The translations under genes were made by a program, and so were the position numbers. From the human T2T-CHM13v2.0 reference genome, Homo sapiens, in the NCBI RefSeq assembly GCF_009914755.1, contig NC_060948.1: DNA of 64,000 nt. The stretch is one strand, 5' to 3'. Under the pieces are notes generated by a model that saw only the letters and a list, made by a program, of their open reading frames with translations, was not told the origin of the DNA and searched no databases. The stretch's first letter is position 1. The number at the start of each line of letters is the position of its first letter. This document shows, piece after piece, positions 39,183 to 53,342 of this stretch.

Positions 39183-42100
39183 ATGGAGTGTTATGGAACG
39201 GACTCCAAAGGAATTGAATGTAATAGAATGGAGTGGAGTGGACTCGAATATAATGGACTGGAATGGAATGGAATCACATGGAATGGGAACGAATGGAATG
39301 GAATGGAAAGGAATGGAATCGAATGGAAAGGAGTCAAATGGAAGGGAATGAAATTGAATCAACAGGAATGGAAGGGAATAGAATAGACTGTAATGGAATG
39401 GACTCGAATAGAATGGACACGAATGCTCAAATTGGATGGACTCGAATGGAATGGAAACGAAAGGAATGTCATCGAATGGAATTGAATCGATTGGAATGAA
39501 ATGGCATAGAATGGAGTGGAATGAAATGGAATTGAATCGAAAGGAAAGGAAGCGAATGGACTGAAATGAAATGGAATGGAATTGAATGGAAAGTAATGCA
39601 ATGGAATAGAATGGAACGAAATTTCACGGAATGGAATCAAACAGAATGGAATCAAATCAATGGAATATAATCAAATGGAATGGAATGGAATGGAAAGGAA
39701 TTGAATGGAATAGATTGGATAGGAAGGGGTTGGAATGCAATGGAATGGAAAGGACTCGAATTTCATGAAACGGAATGGAATGAATTGGAATGGAATGGAC
39801 TCGAATGGAATGGAATGTCATGGAATGGCATAGAATGGAATGTCATGGAATGGCATCAAATGGAATGGAATCAAATGGAATGGCATCGAATGCAATGGAA
39901 TGTTATGGAATGGAATGGAATGTATTGGAATGGAATGTCCTCTAATGGAATGGATTCGAGTGGAATGGAATCGAATATAATGGAGTCGAATGAAATGGAA
40001 TTGAAAGGAATGGGATCGAATAGAATGGAATATACTGGAATGTAATGTAATGAAGTCGAATGTAATTGACTGGAATGGAATGTACATGAATGGAATGTAA
40101 TCGAATGGAAAGTAATCCAATGAAATAGAATCTAATGCAATAAAACCGACTCAAATGGAATAGAATGTAATGGAATGGAGTGCAGTGCAATGGAATGGAA
40201 TGGAATGGAATGCAATGGAGTGGAATGGAATGGAATGGGATGGAATGGTATGGAATGGATAGTAAAGGACTGGAGTGAAATGGACTGTAAAGGAATGGAC
40301 TCCAATTGAAAGGGCTCGAAAGGAATGGAGTCAAATGGAATGGTCTGGAATGGAATGAACTCGAATGTAATGCAATCCAATAGAATGGAATCGAATGGAA
40401 TGGAATATAAAGAAATGGAATCGACGAGAATGGAAACAGATGGAATGGAATTGAAAGGAATGGAATTGAATGGAATGGGCACGAATGGAATGAAATTGTA
40501 TGGAATAGAAGAGAATAGAATGGAATGCAATGGATAAGAAAGGAATGCATTGGAATGGAAGGGAATGTAGTGTAATGGACTGGCATGGAATAAACTGGAA
40601 TGCTACGGTCTCAAATGGAATAAAAATGTATGGAATGGAATGCCATGAAATGGAATCGAATGTCATAGAATGTAATGGAATGCAAATAAATGGACTCCAA
40701 AATCATTGACTGGAAAGGCTGGGTGTCGAAAGGAACTGACTCCAATGGAATGGAATCGAATGGAATGGAAGTGAATAGAATCGAACTAAATCGAATGGAA
40801 TGGAATTGATAGGAACGGAATGGAAAGGAATGGAATGATTTGGCATGGAATGGAATCGAATGGACTCGAATGGAATGGAATGGAATGCAATGGAATGGAA
40901 TGTATTAGAATGTAGTGAACTTTAATGGAATGAACTCGAATGGATTCGACTGGAATGGAATGTTCTGGAAGTGAATGGACTCCAATGGAATGGATTCAAA
41001 AGGAATGGAATCGAAGGGAATGGAATCTAATGGAATGGAATGAAATGGAAAGGAATCCAATCGAATAGCACGGAATTGAATTGAATGGAATCGAATGCAA
41101 TGGAATCTAATGAAACGGAAAGGAAAGGAACGGAATGGCATGGAATGGGCTGGAATGGAATGGAATCGAAACGAATGTAATGGAATCGAACTGAAGAGAC
41201 TGGAATGGAAGGCACTGGCATGGAAGGGAGTTTAATGGAAGGTTCTCGAAAAGACTGGAATGGAATGGAATGGAATTGAATGGAACGGATATAGAGTCAA
41301 ATGGAATTGAATGGAATGGAATGGAGTAGAGTGAAATGGAATCGAGTCACAAGGAATGGACAGGAATAGAACGGTCTCGAATTGAATGGAATCGTATGGA
41401 ATGGAATTCAACGGAATGGAATGGACAGCCACGGAATGGAATGCACTCGAAAGCAATGGACTCGAAACTAATGGACTGGAATCGAATGGACTCGACTGGT
41501 ACGGACTCCAATGGAATGGAATCGAATGGAATTGAATCGAACGGAATGGACTCGAAGTGATAAGAGTGCAATGGAAAGGTCTCGAATGGAATGGAAATTA
41601 ATGGAATGGAATGGAATCGAATGAAATGGAGTCAAAAGGAATGGAATCGAATGGCAAGAAATCGAATGTAATGGAATCACAAGGAATGGATGTGAACGGA
41701 ACGGAATGGAATGGAATCAAAAGGAATGGAATCGAATGGAATGGACTCGAATGGAAATGACTCGAATAGAATGGAATTCAACAAAATAGAATCAAATGTA
41801 ATGGAATGGAATGGAAAGGAATCGAAACGAAAGGAATGGAGACAGATGGAATGGAATAGAACAGAGAGCAATGGTATAGAATGGAATGGAATCATATGGA
41901 ATGGAATTGAATGGAATGGAATAATATGAAATGGAATGGAAAGGAATGGAATGCACTTGAATTAAATGGACTGGAATGGAATGGACTCGAACGGAGTGGA
42001 ATGGAAAGGATTGAAATAGAATGGAATGGACTCCTTTGGAATCGTCTAGTATGCAATGCAAACGACTGGCAGGGAATCAAAAGGAATGTAATCGAATGGA

Positions 42101-42742
42101 TTGGACTGGAATACAATGGACTCGAATACATTGGAAACGGAATGCAATGGAATGGAATGGAATAGTATGGAATGGAACGGAAAGGAATGAAGTAGAATGG
42201 ACTAGAGTGGAATGGAATGGACTCGAAAGCAATGGACTGGAATGGAACGATCTTGAATGGACCGGAATCAAACGGAACGGAATGCAATGCAAGGCAATCA
42301 AATGGAATGGAATAAAAGAGAATGAAAGAGAATCAAATGCAATTGAATCGAATGGAATCGAATGGATTGGAAAGGAATAGAATGGAATGGAATGGAATTG
42401 ACTCAAATGGAATGGACTAGAACGGAATGGAGTCGAATGGAAGGCAAAGGAATGGAATCTATTGGAATGGACTGTAATGGAATGGCATGGAAGGGATTGG
42501 AATGGACTCGAATGGAAAGGACTGCAATAGAAAGGATTCGAATGGAATGAAAAAGAATTGAATGGAATAGAACAGAATGGAATCAAATCGAATGAAATGG
42601 AATGGAATAGAAAGGAATGGAATGAAATGGAATGGAAAGGATTCAAATGGAATGCGATCAAATGGAATGCAATCGAATGGAATGGAATCGAACGGAATGG
42701 AATAAAATGGAAGGAAACTGGCAAGAAATGGAATCGAAATGA
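39183..42742 (+). repeat. Unit U12, 3560 bp (25-bp duplication)
   Basis: Landmark spacing 39183 to 42743; duplication at 39810-39859. Confidence 0.9.
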
Positions 42743-45700
42743 ATGGAGGGTTATGGAACGGACTCCAAAGGAATTGAATGTAATAGAATGGAGTGGAGTG
42801 GACTCGAATATAATGGACTGGAATGGAATGGAATCACATGGAATGGGAACGAATGGAATGGAATGGAAAGGAATGGAATCGAATGGAAAGGAATCAAATG
42901 GAAGGGAATGAAATTGAATCAACAGGAATGGAAGGGAATAGAATAGACTGTAATGGAATGGACTCGAATAGAATGGACACGAATGCTCAAATTGGATGGA
43001 CTCGAATGGAATGGAAACGAAAGGAATGTCATCGAATGGAATTGAATCGATTGGAATGAAATGGCATAGAATGGAGTGGAATGAAATGGAATTGAATCGA
43101 AAGGAAAGGAAGCGAATGGACTGAAATGAAATGGAATGGAATTGAATGGAAAGTAATGCAATGGAATAGAATGGAACGAAATTTCACGGAATGGAATCAA
43201 AACAATGGAATATAATCAAATGGAATGGAATGGAATGGAAAGGAATTGAATGGAATAGATTGGATAGGAAAGGATTGGAATGCAATGGAATGGAAAGGAC
43301 TCGAATTTCATGAAACGGAATGGAATGAATTGGAATGGAATGGACTCGAATGGAATGGAATGTCATGGAATGGCATCAAATGGAATGGAATCAAATGGAA
43401 TGGCATCGAATGCAATGGAATGTTATGGAATGGAATGGAATGTATTGGAATGGAATGTCCTCTAATGGAATGGATTCGAGTGGAATGGAATCGAATATAA
43501 TGGAGTCGAATGAAATGGAATTGAAAGGAATGGGATCGAATAGAATGGAATATACTGGAATGTAATGTAATGAAGTCGAATGTAATTGACTGGAATGGAA
43601 TGTACATGAATGGAATGTAATCGAATGGAAAGTAATCCAATGAAATAGAATCTAATGCAATAAAACCGACTCAAATGGAATAGAATGTAATGGAATGGAG
43701 TGCAGTGCAATGGAATGGAATGGAATGGAATGCAATGGAGTGGAATGGAATGGAATGGGATGGAATGGTATGGAATGGATAGTAAAGGACTGGAGTGAAA
43801 TGGACTGTAAAGGAATGGACTCCAATTGAAAGGGCTCGAAAGGAATGGAGTCAAATGGAATGGTCTGGAATGGAATGAACTCGAATGTAATGCAATCCAA
43901 TAGAATGGAATCGAATGGAATGGAGTATAAAGAAATGGAATCGACGAGAATGGAAACAGATGGAATGGAATTGAAAGGAATGGAATTGAATGGAATGGGC
44001 ACGAATGGAATGAAATTGTATGGAATAGAAGAGAATAGAATGGAATGCAATGGATAAGAAAGGAATGGATTGGAATGGAAGGGAATGTAGTGTAATGGAC
44101 TGGCATGGAATAAACTGGAATGCTACGGTCTCAAATGGAATAAAAATGTATGGAATGGAATGCCATGAAATGGAATCGAATGTCATAGAATGTAATGGAA
44201 TGCAAAGAAATGGACTCCAAAATCATTGACTGGAAAGGCTGGGTGTCGAAAGGAATTGACTCCAATGGAATGGAATCGAATGGAATGGAAGTGAATAGAA
44301 TCGAACTAAATCGAATGGAATGGAATTGATAGGAACGGAATGGAAAGGAATGGAATGATTTGGCATGAAATGGAATCGAATGGACTCGAATGGAATGGAA
44401 TGGAATGCAATGGAATGGAATGTATTAGAATGTAGTGAACTTTAATGGAATGAACTCGAATGGATTCGACTGGAATGGAATGTTCTGGAAGTGAATGGAC
44501 TCCAATGGAATGGATTCAAAAGGAATGGAATCGAAGGGAATGGAATCTAATGGAATGGAATGAAATGGAAAGGAATCCAATCGAATAGCACGGAATTGAA
44601 TTGAATGGAATCGAATGCAATGGAATCTAATGAAACGGAAAGGAAAGGAACGGAATGGCATGGAATGGGCTGGAATGGAATGGAATCGAAACGAATGGAA
44701 TGGAATCGAACTGAAGAGACTGGAATGGAATGCACTGGCATGGAAGGGAGTTTAATGGAAGGTTCTCGAAAAGACTGGAATGGAATGGAATGGAATTGAA
44801 TGGAACGGATATAGAGTCAAATGGAATTGAATGGAATGGAATGGAGTAGAGTGAAATGGAATCGAGTCACAAGGAATGGACAGGAATAGAACGGTCTCGA
44901 ATTGAATGGAATCGTATGGAATGGAATTCAACGGAATGGAATGGACAGCCACGGAATGGAATGCACTCGAAAGCAATGGACTCGAAACTAATGGACTGGA
45001 ATCGAATGGACTCGACTGGTACGGACTCCAATGGAATGGAATCGAATGGAATGGAATCGAACGGAATGGACTCGAAGTGATAAGAGTGCAATGGAAAGGT
45101 CTCGAATGGAATGGAAATTAATGGAATGGAATGGAATCGAATGAAATGGAGTCAAAAGGAATGGAATCGAATGGCAAGAAATCGAATGTAATGGAATCAC
45201 AAGGAATGGATGTGAACGGAACGGAATGGAATGGAATCAAAAGGAATGGAATCGAATGGAATGGACACGAATGGAAATGACTCGAATAGAATGGAATTCA
45301 ATAAAATACAATCAAATGTAATGGAATGGAATGGAAAGGAATCGAAACGAAAGGAATGGAGACAGATGGAATGGAATGGAACAGAGAGCAATGGTATATA
45401 ATGGAATGGAATCATATGGAATGGAATTGAATGGAATGGAATAATATGAAATGGAATGGAAAGGAATGGAATGCACTTGAATTAAATGGACTGGAATGGA
45501 ATGGACTCGAACGGAGTGGAATGGAAAGGATTGAAATAGAATGGAATGGACTCCTTTGGAATGGTCTAGTATGCAATGCAAACGACTGGCAGGGAATCAA
45601 AAGGAATGTAATCGAATGTATTGGACTGGAATACAGTGGACTCGAATACATTGGAAACGGAATGCAATGGAATGGAATGGAATAGTATGGAATGGAACGG

Positions 45701-46262
45701 AAAGGAATGAAGTAGAATGGACTAGAGTGGAATGGAATGGACTCGAAAGCAATGGACTGGAATGGAACGATCTTGAATGGACCGGAATCAAACGGAACGG
45801 AATGCAATGCAAGGCAATGAAATGGAATGGAATAAAAGAGAATGAAAGAGAATCAAATGCAATTGAATCGAATGGAATCGAATGGATTGGAAAGGAATAG
45901 AATGGAATGGAACGGAATTGACTCAAATGGAATGGACTAGAGCGGAATGGAGTCGAATGGAAGGCAAAGGAATGGAATCTATTGGAATGGACTGTAATGG
46001 AATGGCATGGAAGGGATTGGAATGGACTCGAATGGAAAGGACTGCAATAGAAAGGATTCGAATGGAATGAAAAAGAATTGTATGGAATAGAACAGAATGG
46101 AATCAAATCGAATGAAATGGAATGGAATAGAAAGGAATGGAATGAAATGGAATGGAAAGGATTCAAATGGAATGCAATCAAATGGAATGCAATCGAATGG
46201 AATGGAATCGAACGGAATGGAATAAAATGGAAGGAAACTGGCAAGAAATGGAATCGAAATGA
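42743..46262 (+). repeat. Unit U13, 3520 bp (15-bp deletion)
   Basis: Landmark spacing 42743 to 46263; deletion junction ~43200. Confidence 0.9.
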
Positions 46263-49200
46263 ATGGAGTGTTATGGAACGGACTCCAAAGGAATTGAATG
46301 TAATAGAATGGAGTGGAGTGGACTCGAATATAATGGACTGGAATGGAATGGAATCACATGGAATGGGAACGAATGGAATGGAATGGAAAGGAATGGAATC
46401 GAATGGAAAGGAGTCAAATGGAAGGGAATGAAATTGAATCAACAGGAATGGAAGGGAATAGAATAGACTGTAATGGAATGGACTCGAATAGAAAGGACAC
46501 GAATGCTCAAATTGGATGGACTCGAATGGAATGGAAACGAAAGGAATGTCATCGAATGGAATTGAATCGATTGGAATGAAATGGCATAGAATGGAGTGGA
46601 ATGAAATGGAATTGAATCGAAAGGAAAGGAAGCGAATGGACTGAAATGAAATGGAATGGAATTGAATGGAAAGTAATGCAATGGAATAGAATGGAACGAA
46701 ATTTCACGGAATGGAATCAAACAGAATGGAATCAAATCAATGGAATATAATCAAATGGAATGGAATGGAATGGAAAGGAATTGAATGGAATAGATTGGAT
46801 AGGAAGGGGTTGGAATGCAATGGAATGGAAAGGACTCGAATTTCATGAAACGGAATGGAATGAATTGGAATGGAATGGACTCGAATGGAATGGAATGTCA
46901 TGGAATGGCATAGAATGGAATGTCATGGAATGGCATCAAATGGAATGGAATCAAATGGAATGGCATCGAATGCAATGGAATGTTATGGAATGGAATGGAA
47001 TGTATTGGAATGGAATGTCCTCTAATGGAATGGATTCGAGTGGAATGGAATCGAATATAATGGAGTCGAATGAAATGGAATTGAAAGGAATGGGATCGAA
47101 TAGAATGGAATATACTGGAATGTAATGTAATGAAGTCGAATGTAATTGACTGGAATGGAATGTACATGAATGGAATGTAATCGAATGGAAAGTAATCCAA
47201 TGAAATAGAATCTAATGCAATAAAACCGACTCAAATGGAATAGAATGTAATGGAATGGAGTGCAGTGCAATGGAATGGAATGGAATGGAATGCAATGGAG
47301 TGGAATGGAATGGAATGGGATGGAATGGTATGGAATGGATAGTAAAGGACTGGAGTGAAATGGACTGTAAAGGAATGGACTCCAATTGAAAGGGCTCGAA
47401 AGGAATGGAGTCAAATGGAATGGTCTGGAATGGAATGAACTCGAATGTAATGCAATCCAATAGAATGGAATCGAATGGAATGGTGTATAAAGAAATGGAA
47501 TCGACGAGAATGGAAACAGATGGAATGGAATTGAAAGGAATGGAATTGAATGGAATGGGCACGAATGGAATGAAATTGTATGGAATAGAAGAGAATAGAA
47601 TGGAATGCAATGGATAAGAAAGGAATGGATTGGAATGGAAGGGAATGTAGTGTAATGGACTGGCATGGAATAAACTGGAATGCTACGGTCTCAAATGGAA
47701 TAAAAATGTATGGAATGGAATGCCATGAAATGGAATCGAATGTCATAGAATGTAATGGAATGCAAAGAAATGGACTCCAAAATCATTGACTGGAAAGGCT
47801 GGGTGTCGAAAGGAATTGACTCCAATGGAATGGAATCGAATGGAATGGAAGTGAATAGAATCGAACTAAATCGAATGGAATGGAATTGATAGGAACGGAA
47901 TGGAAAGGAATGGAATGATTTGGCATGGAATGGAATCGAATGGACTCGAATGGAATGGAATGGAATGCAATGGAATGGAATGTATTAGAATGTAGTGAAC
48001 TTTAATGGAATGAACTCGAATGGATTCGACTGGAATGGAATGTTCTGGAAGTGAATGGACTCCAATGGAATGGATTCAAAAGGAATGGAATCGAAGGGAA
48101 TGGAATCTAATGGAATGGAATGAAATGGAAAGGAATCCAATCGAATAGCACGGAATTGAATTGAATGGAATCGAATGCAATGGAATCTAATGAAACGGAA
48201 AGGAAAGGAACGGAATGGCATGGAATGGGCTGGAATGGAATGGAATCGAAACGAATGTAATGGAATCGAACTGAAGAGACTGGAATGGAAGGCACTGGCA
48301 TGGAAGGGAGTTTAATGGAAGGTTCTCGAAAAGACTGGAATGGAATGGAATGGAATTGAATGGAACGGATATAGAGTCAAATGGAATTGAATGGAATGGA
48401 ATGGAGTAGAGTGAAATGGAATCGAGTCACAAGGAATGGACAGGAATAGAACGGTCTCGAATTGAATGGAATCGTATGGAATGGAATTCAACGGAATGGA
48501 ATGGACAGCCACGGAATGGAATGCACTCGAAAGCAATGGACTCGAAACTAATGGACTGGAATCGAATGGACTCGACTGGTACGGACTCCAATGGAATGGA
48601 ATCGAATGGAATTGAATCGAACGGAATGGACTCGAAGTGATAAGAGTGCAATGGAAAGGTCTCGAATGGAATGGAAATTAATGGAATGGAATGGAATCGA
48701 ATGAAATGGAGTCAAAAGGAATGGAATCGAATGGCAAGAAATCGAATGTAATGGAATCACAAGGAATGGATGTGAACGGAACGGAATGGAATGGAATCAA
48801 AAGGAATGGAATCGAATGGAATGGACTCGAATGGAAATGACTCGAATAGAATGGAATTCAACAAAATAGAATCAAATGTAATGGAATGGAATGGAAAGGA
48901 ATCGAAACGAAAGGAATGGAGACAGATGGAATGGAATAGAACAGAGAGCAATGGTATAGAATGGAATGGAATCATATGGAATGGAATTGAATGGAATGGA
49001 ATAATATGAAATGGAATGGAAAGGAATGGAATGCACTTGAATTAAATGGACTGGAATGGAATGGACTCGAACGGAGTGGAATGGAAAGGATTGAAATAGA
49101 ATGGAATGGACTCCTTTGGAATGGTCTAGTATGCAATGCAAACGACTGGCAGGGAATCAAAAGGAATGTAATCGAATGGATTGGACTGGAATACAATGGA

Positions 49201-49822
49201 CTCGAATACATTGGAAACGGAATGCAATGGAATGGAATGGAATAGTATGGAATGGAACGGAAAGGAATGAAGTAGAATGGACTAGAGTGGAATGGAATGG
49301 ACTCGAAAGCAATGGACTGGAATGGAACGATTTTGAATGGACCGGAATCAAACGGAACGGAATGCAATGCAAGGCAATCAAATGGAATGGAATAAAAGAG
49401 AATGAAAGAGAATCAAATGCAATTGAATCGAATGGAATCGAATGGATTGGAAAGGAATAGAATGGAATGGAATGGAATTGACTCAAATGGAATGGACTAG
49501 AACGGAATGGAGTCGAATGGAAGGCAAAGGAATGGAATCTATTGGAATGGACTGTAATGGAATGGCATGGAAGGGATTGGAATGGACTCGAATGGAAAGG
49601 ACTGCAATAGAAAGGATTCGAATGGAATGAAAAAGAATTGAATGGAATAGAACAGAATGGAATCAAATCGAATGAAATGGAATGGAATAGAAAGGAATGG
49701 AATGAAATGGAATGGAAAGGATTCAAATGGAATGCGATCAAATGGAATGCAATCGAATGGAATGGAATCGAACGGAATGGAATAAAATGGAAGGAAACTG
49801 GCAAGAAATGGAATCGAAATGA
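46263..49822 (+). repeat. Unit U14, 3560 bp (25-bp duplication)
   Basis: Landmark spacing 46263 to 49823; duplication at 46890-46939. Confidence 0.9.
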
Positions 49823-52800
49823 ATGGAGGGTTATGGAACGGACTCCAAAGGAATTGAATGTAATAGAATGGAGTGGAGTGGACTCGAATATAATGGACTG
49901 GAATGGAATGGAATCACATGGAATGGGAACGAATGGAATGGAATGGAAAGGAATGGAATCGAATGGAAAGGAATCAAATGGAAGGGAATGAAATTGAATC
50001 AACAGGAATGGAAGGGAATAGAATAGACTGTAATGGAATGGACTCGAATAGAATGGACACGAATGCTCAAATTGGATGGACTCGAATGGAATGGAAACGA
50101 AAGGAATGTCATCGAATGGAATTGAATCGATTGGAATGAAATGGCATAGAATGGAGTGGAATGAAATGGAATTGAATCGAAAGGAAAGGAAGCGAATGGA
50201 CTGAAATGAAATGGAATGGAATTGAATGGAAAGTAATGCAATGGAATAGAATGGAACGAAATTTCACGGAATGGAATCAAAACAATGGAATATAATCAAA
50301 TGGAATGGAATGGAATGGAAAGGAATTGAATGGAATAGATTGGATAGGAAAGGATTGGAATGCAATGGAATGGAAAGGACTCGAATTTCATGAAACGGAA
50401 TGGAATGAATTGGAATGGAATGGACTCGAATGGAATGGAATGTCATGGAATGGCATCAAATGGAATGGAATCAAATGGAATGGCATCGAATGCAATGGAA
50501 TGTTATGGAATGGAATGGAATGTATTGGAATGGAATGTCCTCTAATGGAATGGATTCGAGTGGAATGGAATCGAATATAATGGAGTCGAATGAAATGGAA
50601 TTGAAAGGAATGGGATCGAATAGAATGGAATATACTGGAATGTAATGTAATGAAGTCGAATGTAATTGACTGGAATGGAATGTACATGAATGGAATGTAA
50701 TCGAATGGAAAGTAATCCAATGAAATAGAATCTAATGCAATAAAACCGACTCAAATGGAATAGAATGTAATGGAATGGAGTGCAGTGCAATGGAATGGAA
50801 TGGAATGGAATGCAATGGAGTGGAATGGAATGGAATGGGATGGAATGGTATGGAATGGATAGTAAAGGACTGGAGTGAAATGGACTGTAAAGGAATGGAC
50901 TCCAATTGAAAGGGCTCGAAAGGAATGGAGTCAAATGGAATGGTCTGGAATGGAATGAACTCGAATGTAATGCAATCCAATAGAATGGAATCGAATGGAA
51001 TGGAGTATAAAGAAATGGAATCGACGAGAATGGAAACAGATGGAATGGAATTGAAAGGAATGGAATTGAATGGAATGGGCACGAATGGAATGAAATTGTA
51101 TGGAATAGAAGAGAATGGAATGGAATGCAATGGATAAGAAAGGAATGGATTGGAATGGAAGGGAATGTAGTGTAATGGACTGGCATGGAATAAACTGGAA
51201 TGCTACGGTCTCAAATGGAATAAAAATGTATGGAATGGAATGCCATGAAATGGAATCGAATGTCATAGAATGTAATGGAATGCAAAGAAATGGACTCCAA
51301 AATCATTGACTGGAAAGGCTGGGTGTCGAAAGGAATTGACTCCAATGGAATGGAATCGAATGGAATGGAAGTGAATAGAATCGAACTAAATCGAATGGAA
51401 TGGAATTGATAGGAACGGAATGGAAAGGAATGGAATGATTTGGCATGGAATGGAATCGAATGGACTCGAATGGAATGGAATGGAATGCAATGGAATGGAA
51501 TGTATTAGAATGTAGTGAACTTTAATGGAATGAACTCGAATGGATTCGACTGGAATGGAATGTTCTGGAAGTGAATGGACTCCAATGGAATGGATTCAAA
51601 AGGAATGGAATCGAAGGGAATGGAATCTAATGGAATGGAATGAAATGGAAAGGAATCCAATCGAATAGCACGGAATTGAATTGAATGGAATCGAATGCAA
51701 TGGAATCTAATGAAACGGAAAGGAAAGGAACGGAATGGCATGGAATGGGCTGGAATGGAATGGAATCGAAACGAATGGAATGGAATCGAACTGAAGAGAC
51801 TGGAATGGAAGGCACTGGCATGGAAGGGAGTTTAATGGAAGGTTCTCGAAAAGACTGGAATGGAATGGAATGGAATTGAATGGAACGGATATAGAGTCAA
51901 ATGGAATTGAATGGAATGGAATGGAGTAGAGTGAAATGGAATCGAGTCACAAGGAATGGACAGGAATAGAACGGTCTCGAATTGAATGGAATCGTATGGA
52001 ATGGAATTCAACGGAATGGAATGGACAGCCACGGAATGGAATGCACTCGAAAGCAATGGACTCGAAACTAATGGACTGGAATCGAATGGACTCGACTGGT
52101 ACGGACTCCAATGGAATGGAATCGAATGGAAGGGAATCGAACGGAATGGACTCGAAGTGATAAGAGTGCAATGGAAAGGTCTCGAATGGAATGGAAATTA
52201 ATGGAATGGAATGGAATCGAATGAAATGGAGTCAAAAGGAATGGAATCGAATGGCAAGAAATCGAATGTAATGGAATCACAAGGAATGGATGTGAACGGA
52301 ACGGAATGGAATGGAATCAAAAGGAATGGAATCGAATGGAATGGACTCGAATGGAAATGACTCGAATAGAATGGAATTCAACAAAATAGAATCAAATGTA
52401 ATGGAATGGAATGGAAAGGAATCGAAACGAAAGGAATGGAGACAGATGGAATGGAATAGAACAGAGAGCAATGGTATAGAATGGAATGGAATCATATGGA
52501 ATGGAATTGAATGGAATGGAATAATATGAAATGGAATGGAAAGGAATGGAATGCACTTGAATTAAATGGACTGGAATGGAATGGACTCGAACGGAGTGGA
52601 ATGGAAAGGATTGAAATAGAATGGAATGGACTCCTTTGGAATCGTCTAGTATGCAATGCAAACGACTGGCAGGGAATCAAAAGGAATGTAATCGAATGGA
52701 TTGGACTGGAATACAATGGACTCGAATACATTGGAAACGGAATGCAATGGAATGGAATGGAATAGTATGGAATGGAACGGAAAGGAATGAAGTAGAATGG

Positions 52801-53342
52801 ACTAGAGTGGAATGGAATGGACTCGAAAGCAATGGACTGGAATGGAACGATCTTGAATGGACCGGAATCAAACGGAACGGAATGCAATGCAAGGCAATCA
52901 AATGGAATGGAATAAAAGAGAATGAAAGAGAATCAAATGCAATTGAATCGAATGGAATCGAATGGATTGGAAAGGAATAGAATGGAATGGAATGGAATTG
53001 ACTCAAATGGAATGGACTAGAACGGAATGGAGTCGAATGGAAGGCAAAGGAATGGAATCTATTGGAATGGACTGTAATGGAATGGCATGGAAGGGATTGG
53101 AATGGACTCGAATGGAAAGGACTGCAATAGAAAGGATTCGAATGGAATGAAAAAGAATTGAATGGAATAGAACAGAATGGAATCAAATCGAATGAAATGG
53201 AATGGAATAGAAAGGAATGGAATGAAATGGAATGGAAAGGATTCAAATGGAATGCGATCAAATGGAATGCAATCGAATGGAATGGAATCGAACGGAATGG
53301 AATAAAATGGAAGGAAACTGGCAAGAAATGGAATCGAAATGA
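49823..53342 (+). repeat. Unit U15, 3520 bp (15-bp deletion)
   Basis: Landmark spacing 49823 to 53343; deletion junction ~50280. Confidence 0.9.

Larger units (their letters stand above)
30197..51436 (+). repeat. Second-level higher-order repeat: about 3 copies of a 7080-bp dimer (3560+3520)
   Basis: Landmarks recur at exactly 7080 bp (30197/37277/44357/51437; 35663/42743/49823), with alternating diagnostic variants. The ends are approximate. Confidence 0.85.
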
